The notes: a model not told the origin generated them from the letters alone. Positions 1 through 7,823 are shown, counted from the stretch's first letter. The stretch: 24,000 bases of DNA from an uncultured Propionibacteriaceae bacterium (GCA_937988865.1 CALKHV010000032.1:2201-26200), one strand, 5' to 3'. Translations and numbers: made by a program.

Positions 1-930
1 GCCTGGATCGGCACCGACGGCGCCGGGCACTTCGTGAAGATGGTGCACAACGGCATCGAGTACGCCGACATGCAGTTCATCGGCGAGGCGTACGAACTGC
101 TCAAGGGCGCCGGATTCTCGGCGGCCGAAGCCTCCGAGGTGTTCCAGACCTGGAACACCGGCGACCTCGACTCGTTCCTGATCGAGATCACGGCCGAGGT
201 CCTGGCCATGGTCGATCCGCGCACCGGTGCGCCGCTCATCGACGTCATCGTCGACGAGGCCGGCATGAAGGGTACGGGGACCTGGACCGTCCAGTCGGCC
301 CTGAACCTCGGGACGCCGGTCAACACCATCGCCGAGTCGGTCTTCGCGCGCGCACTGTCGGGCCACACCGAGCTTCGCGCCGCCGCGCAGGCGGCCCTGT
401 CGGGCCCCGACCGCACCGTGACGGTCGACGACCGCGACGCATTCGTCGAATCCATCCGGCAGGCGCTGTGGGCGTCCAAGGTCATCGCCTACGCGCAGGG
501 CCTGGACGAGATCCGCATGGCTGCTGCCGAGTACGGGTGGGAGATCGACGTGGCAAGCGTGGCGCGCATCTGGCGTGACGGCTGCATCATCCGTGCGAAG
601 CTGCTCGACCGCATCAGCAACGAGTACGCGGCCAACAACCTCGTCACGCTGCTGGAGGCCCCGTCCATCAGAGCTGGACTGGCGGACTCCCAGGACGGCT
701 GGCGCGAGGTCGTCGCAGTGGCGGCCCGGGCCGGCGTCCCGATCCCCGGATTCTCGGCGGCGCTCGCCTACTACGACATGGCGCGTGCCCCCAGGGTCAA
801 CGCAGCGCTCACCCAGGGCTTGCGGGACCAGTTCGGGTCACACACCTATCGCCGGATTGACGACGACGGCACCTGGCACATCCAGTGGTCAGGCGACCGC
901 TCCGAGGTAGCCTACGAGTCGACCCACTGA
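1..930 (+). CDS. gnd: 6-phosphogluconate dehydrogenase (decarboxylating), C-terminal ~310 codons; the 5' end lies upstream of the window
   Basis: Frame 1 is open from nt 1 (AWIGTDGAGHFVKMVHNGIEYADMQFIGEAYELLK...). This matches the conserved GHFVKMVHNGIEY core and the C-terminal domain of Gnd. Stop TGA at 928-930. GC-rich third codon positions. Confidence 0.93.
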   Translation, partial: AWIGTDGAGHFVKMVHNGIEYADMQFIGEAYELLKGAGFSAAEASEVFQTWNTGDLDSFLIEITAEVLAMVDPRTGAPLIDVIVDEAGMKGTGTWTVQSALNLGTPVNTIAESVFARALSGHTELRAAAQAALSGPDRTVTVDDRDAFVESIRQALWASKVIAYAQGLDEIRMAAAEYGWEIDVASVARIWRDGCIIRAKLLDRISNEYAANNLVTLLEAPSIRAGLADSQDGWREVVAVAARAGVPIPGFSAALAYYDMARAPRVNAALTQGLRDQFGSHTYRRIDDDGTWHIQWSGDRSEVAYESTH

Positions 931-964
931 CCCGACAGAACCACGTCATCCCGAGCAGTGGGCG

Positions 965-1810
965 TCAGCGCAGCCGGGTCAGCGTGACCTCGACGAACAT
1001 GTCGCAGGTCTCGCCCCCGACGAACAGGCCCCGCAGCGGCGACACGTCCGCGTAGTCGCGGCCCCGCCCCACCACGATGTGGTCGTCCCCGACGGTCCCC
1101 TCGTTGGTGGGGTCGAGGCCGCGCCAGCCGCCGTCCCAGTACTCCAGCCAGGCGTGCGACTGGCCCGAGGACGATTCGCCGGCTGCCTGCTCGGTGTCGG
1201 GCATGAGGTAGCCGGAGACGTACCGGGCCGGCACTCCCCCGCTGCGCAGGGCACCGATGAGCACGTGCGTGAGGTCCTGGCACACACCGGCGCCGGTGGC
1301 CCACGCGTCGCGGGCGCTCGAGTGCACATCGGTCACGCCGGGCAGGTACGTGACGCGGGACACCACGAGGTCGCGCGCCAGCAGGACGAAGTCACTGGGA
1401 CGCGCGGCCGCCGCGCGCAGGTCAGCAGCCATGGACGCCAATTCGTCGGCGGGGGTGACCAGGCGTCCGAGGTTGAGGTACTCGGCGTGCTCGCTCACGA
1501 CCTCGGGACGCGTGAACGCGTCCCAACCGACGTTGTCCCACGTCACTGGACGGTGGTCGATGATCACCTCGCTCGTCGAGACGAGGCGCAGGTGCTCGTG
1601 GCGCTCATGGAGTTCGAAGGCCGTGACGGCCGTGCCCCAGTAGTCGGTGAAGGTGTGCGTCCAGGCCGAGGGTGACACCTCGACACGGGAGTGGAGCACC
1701 TGCTGGTCGCTCGTGTTCATCGGGGTCATGCGGGCCTCGTTGTACGACGAGGACGCGCCCCCCCGGTAGCTGTAGCCGGTGCTGTGCACGACGCGGAGCG
1801 TGAGGCTCAC
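965..1810 (-). CDS. Transglutaminase-fold (papain-like Cys-His-Asp) protein with bacterial transglutaminase N-terminal domain; third gene of ATP-grasp module 1
   Basis: 281-aa ORF. Its GTG start overlaps the upstream stop (GTGA, 1807-1810). The N-terminus MSLTLRVVHSTGYSYRG fits the Bact_transglu_N pattern. The core carries Cys (GAGVCQDLTH), His (SHAWLEYW) and Asp (GLDPTN). Confidence 0.9.
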   Translation of the reverse strand: MSLTLRVVHSTGYSYRGGASSSYNEARMTPMNTSDQQVLHSRVEVSPSAWTHTFTDYWGTAVTAFELHERHEHLRLVSTSEVIIDHRPVTWDNVGWDAFTRPEVVSEHAEYLNLGRLVTPADELASMAADLRAAAARPSDFVLLARDLVVSRVTYLPGVTDVHSSARDAWATGAGVCQDLTHVLIGALRSGGVPARYVSGYLMPDTEQAAGESSSGQSHAWLEYWDGGWRGLDPTNEGTVGDDHIVVGRGRDYADVSPLRGLFVGGETCDMFVEVTLTRLR

Positions 1811-2730
1811 AGCGCTCCTCCCTTCCAGGTGGGTGACGCGGCACCCTCGAAGTAGCGCTCCGAGATGGCGGCGTCGAGGTCGACGCAGAGGTGCTGCAGC
1901 GCGGTCAGTCGCTCGGGCAGCGTCGACAACACCTCATCCATGCGCTGGTACTCCAGTTCGGCGCGGGCCTTGCCCAGCAGCCACACCGGCGTCCCCTCGG
2001 CCCTCGCACCCTCAACGCCCGGTTCGAGCGCGGTGAGGGCCTCCTCGACCGACCGCAGGGAGTGGACCACCGAGCCCGGGAACAACCCGTCCAGCAGCAG
2101 GAAGCCTGCGGCGTCGCGTCCGAGGGTCTCGGCGCCATAGGTGCGGCGATAGGCGTGGAGCGCACCCCTGGCGCGCAGCGCACTGGTCCACGCGCTGGGC
2201 CGGTTCGGCGTGCTCGCGGCGAGCATCATCGTTCTGGCCGTCATGTCGACCTGCTCCAGGCCCCGCCCCAACTCGAGGAAGAGCCACCCCTCGTCGTGGC
2301 TCATCGCGCTGTCGGCGGTGCCGTTGATGACCGCGCACCGTTCGCGAAGCAGGTTGAGCGCCGAACTCGGACGCATGAGCCGTAGCGAGGGGCCCGAACC
2401 TGCGTGCCAGGTGGTGTTGATGGCCTCCCACATCTCGGGGGGAACCGTCTCGCGGGCACGACGGGCTGCCTCGCGGGCACCTGCGATCGCCGACACCACC
2501 GAGGGGGACGCGAGGTCGTGCAGCAGGAGTTGGGCGATCTCGTCGCTCACCGAGTCCGAGGTGCTCGGGTAACCCATCACGCCCAGGAGGGTTTGGGCCG
2601 CGTCGTGCACGTCGACGGTCGGATCCTCCACCACGAGTTGCAGGTGCACGTCGAGGATGCGGCAGGTGCTCTCGGCGCGCTGGACGTAGCGTCCGATCCA
2701 GTACAGCGACTCGGCGATCCGGCTCAGCAT
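1807..2730 (-). CDS. Alpha-E domain protein (COG2307 type); second gene of module 1
   Basis: ATG at 2730 is preceded by GGAGGA (complement of 2737-2742) with a 6-nt spacer. MLSRIAESLYWIGRYVQRAE is the hallmark alpha-E N-terminus. The ORF-track start at 2898 adds an Ala/Gly/Pro-rich extension that lies inside the upstream gene and is not supported. Confidence 0.88.
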   Translation of the reverse strand: MLSRIAESLYWIGRYVQRAESTCRILDVHLQLVVEDPTVDVHDAAQTLLGVMGYPSTSDSVSDEIAQLLLHDLASPSVVSAIAGAREAARRARETVPPEMWEAINTTWHAGSGPSLRLMRPSSALNLLRERCAVINGTADSAMSHDEGWLFLELGRGLEQVDMTARTMMLAASTPNRPSAWTSALRARGALHAYRRTYGAETLGRDAAGFLLLDGLFPGSVVHSLRSVEEALTALEPGVEGARAEGTPVWLLGKARAELEYQRMDEVLSTLPERLTALQHLCVDLDAAISERYFEGAASPTWKGGAL

Positions 2731-4319
2731 GTCGAATCCTCCACTCCTGTCTGCCGCCGCGCCTGTTGCTGCTGCTGCGGCTGCTCGTGCGGTGCGAGGA
2801 TGGCCCGCACACCCTGTTGTCCCTGCGGCAGGGCCACGAAGCGGGCCGACACCGGTGGGGCCGGGGGCTGGACGTCCAGGTCGTCCGTGAGCACCCACGT
2901 GTCCTTCGACCCGCCGCCCTGGGAGGAGTTCACGATCAACTCACCTTCAGGGAGCGCGACCCGGGTCAGGCCGCCCGGCAGCACCCTCACCTCATCGCCG
3001 TTGTTGACGGCGAACGGACGCAGATCCACGTGCCTCGCTGCGAACGTGCCGTCGATCATCGTGGGCACGGTCGACAGCTGGACGACGGGTTGGGCGATCC
3101 AGCCGCGAGGGTCGTCGAGGATCCGCTGACGCAGCGCGTCCAGTTCGGTCCGGGTGGCCGCGGGACCGATGACGATTCCCTTGCCGCCCGAGCCATCCAC
3201 GGGTTTGACGACGAGTTCCGCCAGTCGATCGAGCACCTCTACCCGATGGTCCGGCTCCTCCAGACGCCAGGTGTCGACGCCGGGGAGGATCGGTTCCTCG
3301 GACAGGTAGTAGCGCACCAGGTCGGGCACGTAGGTGTAGACGAGCTTGTCGTCGGCCACTCCATTGCCGATGGCGTTCGCGATCGTGACGTTGTTGCGTC
3401 GCACCGCGTTCAACAGACCAGCGCTGCCCAACAGGGAGTCGCCGCGGAACTGGGTCGGGTCGAGGAACTCGTCGTCGACCCGTCGATAGATGACGTGCAC
3501 CGGCCACAGACCCTTCGTGGTGCGCACGGAGACGCGTCCGTTGCGGCACACGAGGTCGCGTCCCTCGACGAGTTCGACGCCCATCATCCGGGCCAGCAGG
3601 GCGTGCTCGAAGTAGGCGGAGTTGTGGACGCCGGGCGTCAGGACCACGATCGTCGGATCGCTGACACCGGGTGGCGCTGCGGCCGCCAGCGCCTCCCGCA
3701 ACATCAACGGGTAGTTCTGCACGGGCAGGATCTTGTGGCGATTGGCGACCTCGGGCAGCGCCGACGTGATCGCCCGGCGGTTGGTCATCACGTACGACAC
3801 ACCCGAGGGGACGCGGACGTTGTCCTCCAGGACGCGGAACGTGCCCTTGGCATCCCTGACGAGGTCGATGCCCGCCACGTGCACACGGACGCCGTTGGCC
3901 GGCTCGATCCCGGCGACCACCCGGTGGAAGTGGGGTGAACTGGTGACCACCTGCCGGGGCACCACCCCGTCGGCGAAGACCTCGCCCTGACCGTAGACGT
4001 CGGCCAGGAACCGCTCGAGCGCCCTGACTCGCTGGGCGACCCCCTGCTCGATGCGCGTCCACTCGGACGCCTTCAGGATGCGGGGCAGGATGTCGAGCGG
4101 GAACGGCGTCTCGAGACCCCCGATGTCGAAGGTGACACCCTGGTCGAAATACGTTCGCCGCAGGTATTCCGCCCTCGACCTCACCTCGTCGGCGGGCAAC
4201 CCGCGCAGGATCTCCTCCAGTTGGGCGTAGACCTCACGCACCTCACCGGACGCGGGGTCGACGAACATCTCGTCGAACGCGCCGGGTGCGGCGGCATAGT
4301 CGTCAAAGAGCGGGCTCAC
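2724..4319 (-). CDS. Circularly permuted type-2 ATP-grasp protein (COG2308 type), putative amide/peptide ligase; first gene of module 1
   Basis: 531-aa ORF with a GTG start at 4319. Family motifs present: RFLADVYG, VLEDNVRVPSGVSY, VVKPVDGSGGKGIVIG, LPGGLTRVA, NSSQGGGSKDTWVL. The stop overlaps the alpha-E start (ATGCTGA, 2724-2730). Confidence 0.9.
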   Translation of the reverse strand: MSPLFDDYAAAPGAFDEMFVDPASGEVREVYAQLEEILRGLPADEVRSRAEYLRRTYFDQGVTFDIGGLETPFPLDILPRILKASEWTRIEQGVAQRVRALERFLADVYGQGEVFADGVVPRQVVTSSPHFHRVVAGIEPANGVRVHVAGIDLVRDAKGTFRVLEDNVRVPSGVSYVMTNRRAITSALPEVANRHKILPVQNYPLMLREALAAAAPPGVSDPTIVVLTPGVHNSAYFEHALLARMMGVELVEGRDLVCRNGRVSVRTTKGLWPVHVIYRRVDDEFLDPTQFRGDSLLGSAGLLNAVRRNNVTIANAIGNGVADDKLVYTYVPDLVRYYLSEEPILPGVDTWRLEEPDHRVEVLDRLAELVVKPVDGSGGKGIVIGPAATRTELDALRQRILDDPRGWIAQPVVQLSTVPTMIDGTFAARHVDLRPFAVNNGDEVRVLPGGLTRVALPEGELIVNSSQGGGSKDTWVLTDDLDVQPPAPPVSARFVALPQGQQGVRAILAPHEQPQQQQQARRQTGVEDSTC

Positions 4320-4325
4320 ACTCGC

Positions 4326-4331
4326 ACATTA
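4326..4331 (-). promoter_or_regulatory. Candidate -10 hexamer TAATGT (TANNNT) 6 nt upstream of the GTG start at 4319; suggests a leaderless transcript for module 1
   Basis: The complement of 4326-4331 reads TAATGT. No Shine-Dalgarno sequence lies between it and the start codon. Spacing fits actinobacterial -10-to-TSS geometry. Confidence 0.35.
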
Positions 4332-4333
4332 GG

Positions 4334-4369
4334 CACGTCGTGTAACACACGTGTTTCGTCCACGAAACA
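4334..4369. promoter_or_regulatory. Cluster of overlapping dyad-symmetric elements (putative operator) between the two divergent ATP-grasp modules
   Basis: Four elements: CACGtCGTG (4334-4342); CGTGT-aac-ACACG (4339-4351); the perfect palindrome ACACGTGT (4347-4354); and the perfect inverted repeat TGTTTCG-tcca-CGAAACA (4352-4369). This is the locally least GC-rich stretch of the intergenic region. Confidence 0.45.
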
Positions 4370-4409
4370 GGGCTGAACTCGTGGGCGTCCCGGTGCCCGG
4401 GCTGCCGCG

Positions 4410-4415
4410 TATGCT
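4410..4415 (+). promoter_or_regulatory. Candidate -10 hexamer TATGCT 7 nt upstream of ATG 4423; suggests a leaderless start for module 2
   Basis: TATGCT matches TANNNT. No SD precedes any candidate start (4351 GTG, 4381 GTG, 4411 ATG, 4423 ATG). The same hexamer precedes marR. Confidence 0.3.
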
Positions 4416-4422
4416 GACCACG

Positions 4423-6912
4423 ATGGGCACAGACACCACGTCGCGGCCGGCATTCCCGCCCGACATCCAGCGCGCCGTCGACGAGTGGGGTCTCTCGGGC
4501 TCGCTGCGTCGACGCTCGACCATTCGCCGCTACGTCGAGGACGACGGCATCGTCGTCGGACGCCGGCCCTCAGGCGCGCCCCGCAGCCTTCAGGTCGATC
4601 CGCTCCCGGTGGTGCTCGACGCAGTCGAGTGGTCGGCCCTGGAAGCCGGCCTCGCGCAGCGCGCCCACCTGCTCGAACTCCTCCTGGCCGATGTCTACGG
4701 CCCCCGACACCTTCTGGAGCGCGGCACGATCCCCGCCGAACTCGTGCTCGGCCACCCGGGGTTCGTCCCCCAGGCCGACGGCATCCCGACGCGCGACGAA
4801 CTGGTCCTCACGGCTACCGACCTGGGCCGCGCGTCCGATGGCCGGTGGACGGTGCTCGGCGACCGGACGGAGGCCCCCACCGGTGCGGGCTACGCCATGG
4901 CTGTGCGTCGTGTCACGGCGAGGGCGCTCACGGCCACCCACCGATCAGCCGACCTGCGGCGACTGCGCGGCTTCTTCGACAGCTTGCGTGGCCGCCTGCT
5001 GGCGCTGGCCTCCGGCACGTCCGAGGTGTCGCGCGTCGTCCTGCTCGGTGAAGGTGGCGACGGAGAGTCAGCTTTCGACGACGCCTTCACCGCCATGCTC
5101 CTGGGCTTCCCCCTCGCCCGCGCGGACGACCTCGTCCTGGCGGACGGGCGTCTCTGGCTGCGCACCACCGCCGGACGCGAACCCCTCGACATCGTGGTGC
5201 GCCGCGTGGACGCTCGGGCCAGTGACCCGCTCGACCTCGACTCGCGCTCGTCCAACGGCGTCCCGGGGCTGGTGGAGGCCTCACGCCGGGGCATGGTGAC
5301 GGTCGTCAATCCCCTGGGCTCCGGCATCCTGGAGAATCCGGCACTCGGTGCCTTCTGGTCAGGGATCTCGCGCGACCTGCTCGACAGCGATCCCCTGATC
5401 GAGGCTCCGCAGACGTGGTGGTGCGGTGATCGCGCATCGTTGTCGCACGTGCTCGCCCACCTGCCCGAGTTGATGCTGTCACCCCTCGGCCCCACCAGGG
5501 AGCGTCCGAGGCTGCGGGGGTCAGAGCTGAGTGCGTCGCAACGCGATGTGCTCTCCAGGCGCATCGAGGCCGAACCCTGGGCCTGGTCCGGTCAGGAGGT
5601 CGTTCCTGCGTGGCTCACGCCGATCGTGACGTCCCGCGGACTGGTGGAGCGTCCGACAGTGGTGCGGACCTTCACCCTCGGCGGAGCCGGAAGCCCCGTC
5701 GTCATGCCCGGCGGGCTCGCCAGGGCTGCATCCGACGACCAGCGGGCGGGCGTGGGGACGCTCGAACAGTCCATTGCCAAGGACCTCTGGGTCCTGGGCT
5801 CGGCGGGGGTCAAGGAGGCCGTCGAGGAGTTCGCGTCGATCCGCGTCGCCAGCCCCTCGAGCCCTTCAACTCCCGATGAAGCGTCCGAACCCCGTCCCCG
5901 GGGGCTGGCGATCGCACTCTCGAACCGGTCGGCCGAGGACCTGTACTGGTTCGGACGTTACGCGGAACGGGCGGAGGCCACCGCGCGACTGCTGCTCGTG
6001 GCCGACGACCTCGTCGAAGACCACCTCAACCGCCCGGGAACCGCCGGCCACGAGGCCATGACCGTCGTGCTGGACGCGATCGACACCCTGACTGCCGTCC
6101 GCCGGGAGCGACTGTTGTCGACGAGTGACAACGGTCAACCGGATGCCGTCAGGGAACCCCTGAGCCACCTGCGCCGCCTCGTCTTCGACGCCGCCCGCCG
6201 CGGGACGATCCATCACGCGGTCAGTCGTGCCGGTCAGGCGGCGGGCGAGGTGCGCGACCTCCTGTCGTCCGACACCTGGATGGTCCTCAGCCGACTCGAG
6301 CGTCACCTCACCGACCCACCCCCCGACGAGGAGCGCCTTCAACCGGTTCTCCTGAGCGTGGTCGAGTCGCTCCTCGCCCTGGCCGGGATGAGCGCCGAGG
6401 GACTCGTGCGCGATGCCAGCTGGGCCTTCTTCGACGCAGGGCGCCGGATGGAACGCAGCCAGGAGACACTGCGGCTCTTGCGCGCGATGCTGGGGCAGGC
6501 CCGGCGTCCCAGAGTGGACGCGTTCGCCCTCGAGGCCACCCTCCGGACGACCGACAGCATCATTTCCCACCGTCGCCGGCTGGTCGACGGACGCGGACGA
6601 CGCCACGAACTCGAGATCGCCCTCGACCTGCTGCTGGTCGACCCCACCAACCCCCGCTCGGTCCTCTACCAGCTCACCCGACTGCAGTCCGACCTGGCGT
6701 ACGTGCCCGAGTCGTCACTGGGTGATGCCACGGCGTCACTCGTGACCCTCACGCGCTCGCTCGACCCGCGCCAACTCGCACTCGGCGAACGGGCGCGTCT
6801 GGTCGAGGCCCTGACCGCCGTCGAGAAGCGCCTCCGCGCCCTGTCCCAGCTCCTCGACAGCACCCACTTCACGCACCAGGTGCGGTCGCGCGTGGTGGTG
6901 GAAGGACTGTGA
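4423..6912 (+). CDS. Fusion protein: circularly permuted ATP-grasp-like domain + C-terminal alpha-E domain (module 2), joined by a Ser/Pro-rich linker
   Basis: The reading frame is open from 4351. The start is uncertain (4351/4381/4411/4423). I prefer 4423 because the palindromic operator occupies 4334-4369 and a TANNNT box lies at 4410-4415. The N-terminal ~480 aa are paralogous to the 531-aa ATP-grasp protein (LLADVYG, APTGAGYAMAVRR, VVRRVDA, MPGGLARAA, KDLWVL). The linker is ASPSSPSTPDEASEPRP. The C-terminal part, starting at AEDLYWFGRYAERAEATARLL, is paralogous to the alpha-E gene. Stop TGA at 6910-6912. Confidence 0.88.
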   Translation: MGTDTTSRPAFPPDIQRAVDEWGLSGSLRRRSTIRRYVEDDGIVVGRRPSGAPRSLQVDPLPVVLDAVEWSALEAGLAQRAHLLELLLADVYGPRHLLERGTIPAELVLGHPGFVPQADGIPTRDELVLTATDLGRASDGRWTVLGDRTEAPTGAGYAMAVRRVTARALTATHRSADLRRLRGFFDSLRGRLLALASGTSEVSRVVLLGEGGDGESAFDDAFTAMLLGFPLARADDLVLADGRLWLRTTAGREPLDIVVRRVDARASDPLDLDSRSSNGVPGLVEASRRGMVTVVNPLGSGILENPALGAFWSGISRDLLDSDPLIEAPQTWWCGDRASLSHVLAHLPELMLSPLGPTRERPRLRGSELSASQRDVLSRRIEAEPWAWSGQEVVPAWLTPIVTSRGLVERPTVVRTFTLGGAGSPVVMPGGLARAASDDQRAGVGTLEQSIAKDLWVLGSAGVKEAVEEFASIRVASPSSPSTPDEASEPRPRGLAIALSNRSAEDLYWFGRYAERAEATARLLLVADDLVEDHLNRPGTAGHEAMTVVLDAIDTLTAVRRERLLSTSDNGQPDAVREPLSHLRRLVFDAARRGTIHHAVSRAGQAAGEVRDLLSSDTWMVLSRLERHLTDPPPDEERLQPVLLSVVESLLALAGMSAEGLVRDASWAFFDAGRRMERSQETLRLLRAMLGQARRPRVDAFALEATLRTTDSIISHRRRLVDGRGRRHELEIALDLLLVDPTNPRSVLYQLTRLQSDLAYVPESSLGDATASLVTLTRSLDPRQLALGERARLVEALTAVEKRLRALSQLLDSTHFTHQVRSRVVVEGL

Positions 6913-7823
6913 GGGCTGCGTCCGAGAAGAACCACCAAACTCGTCGTTACAAGGTGAAACACCGCACCGACTACACCTATGACGAAGAGGTCACGGCCTC
7001 CTACGGCCGGGCTGTCCTGCGTCCACGCGACACTCCGACGCAGCGAGTCATCCGGCACCAGATCGAGGTGACGCCCACGCCCAACACACTCCTCGAGCAC
7101 GTCGACTTCTTCGGCAACTACAGCCACTACCTCGAGATCCACACTCCTCACCGGCAGCTCGACGTCACCAAGCACGCCGTCGTCAACGTGGCCACGCCCA
7201 TGACCGATCTGGCCCGCTTCGACCGCTGGACGGTCGGCGACGGTGCGGCCGCAGCGGCCGCGGCCCCCTACGACACCGCCCTGCGCGCCGCGTTCACCCT
7301 GCCCTCGGCGCTCGTCGACCAGGGTGACGCGGTCCGGCGATTCGCCGCCGAGGCCTTCCCGAGCGACGCCCCCCTCGGACGCGCACTCGACCACCTGGTG
7401 AGCTTCATCCACGCCGAGTTCCGCTACACCCCCGGCGCGACCACCGTCCACACGACACTGCCTGAACTCCTGGATGCACGGGCGGGCGTCTGCCAGGACT
7501 TCGCCCAGCTCGCCATCGGCTGCCTGCGCGCCCAGGGCTACGCAGCCCGCTACGTGAGTGGCTACCTCGAGACGCAGCCGCCGCCGGGCCAACCCAAACT
7601 CGAGGGCGCGGACGCCACCCACGCGTGGCTCGCCGTGATGCTCCCGGACGGGACGTGGCTCGATCTGGACCCCACGAACGACTGCGCGGCCGATTCCCGC
7701 TACGTCGTGACTGCCTGGGGACGCGACTACCGCGACGTGGCCCCCCTGAAAGGCGTGATCTACAGCGAGGGTGCGTCCAGTTCATTGAAAGTCTCGGTCG
7801 ACGTCACCCGACTCCCTGACTGA
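6909..7823 (+). CDS. Transglutaminase-fold protein with bacterial transglutaminase N-terminal domain (module 2 paralogue)
   Basis: The GTG start overlaps the upstream stop (GTGA, 6909-6912). RYKVKHRTDYTYDEEV fits the N-terminal domain pattern. Triad context: AGVCQDFAQLAIGCLRAQGYAARYVSGY, THAWLAV, LDLDPTN. Confidence 0.9.
   Translation: MRAASEKNHQTRRYKVKHRTDYTYDEEVTASYGRAVLRPRDTPTQRVIRHQIEVTPTPNTLLEHVDFFGNYSHYLEIHTPHRQLDVTKHAVVNVATPMTDLARFDRWTVGDGAAAAAAAPYDTALRAAFTLPSALVDQGDAVRRFAAEAFPSDAPLGRALDHLVSFIHAEFRYTPGATTVHTTLPELLDARAGVCQDFAQLAIGCLRAQGYAARYVSGYLETQPPPGQPKLEGADATHAWLAVMLPDGTWLDLDPTNDCAADSRYVVTAWGRDYRDVAPLKGVIYSEGASSSLKVSVDVTRLPD

Noticed and set aside
2763-2786. Short CTG/CAG-type triplet run (encodes EQPQQQQQ in the C-terminal tail of the ATP-grasp protein); considered as a slippage-prone contingency repeat
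   Set aside because: Only about 4-5 imperfect repeat units. It lies in a low-complexity tail that also carries the downstream gene's ribosome-binding region. There is no evidence of phase-variable design.
2731-2898. Upstream extension of the alpha-E ORF (start at 2898)
   Set aside because: It would overlap 170 nt of the ATP-grasp gene. ATG 2730 has a perfect GGAGGA SD, and the protein family begins at MLSRIAESLYW.
2766-4062. 390-aa (+) and 356-aa (-) alternative-frame ORFs overlapping the ATP-grasp gene. Comparable ORFs lie over module 2 (4890..5564, 5866..6606, 6666..7622).
   Set aside because: These are off-frame or antisense products of GC-rich coding DNA. The family-motif-bearing frames account for the region completely.
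4351-4422. Upstream part of the fused-gene ORF (GTG 4351, GTG 4381, ATG 4411 as starts)
   Set aside because: I did not exclude it fully. However, 4351-4369 is occupied by the perfect inverted repeat and palindrome, no SD precedes any of these codons, and similarity to the standalone paralogue begins well downstream. I therefore prefer 4423 and flag the uncertainty.
7245-7265. Seven consecutive Ala codons (gcggccgcagcggccgcggcc) in the module-2 transglutaminase-fold gene; considered as a repeat or insertion
   Set aside because: Short homopolymeric Ala tracts are common in high-GC proteomes. It is in-frame and probably a surface loop. Nothing further can be supported.
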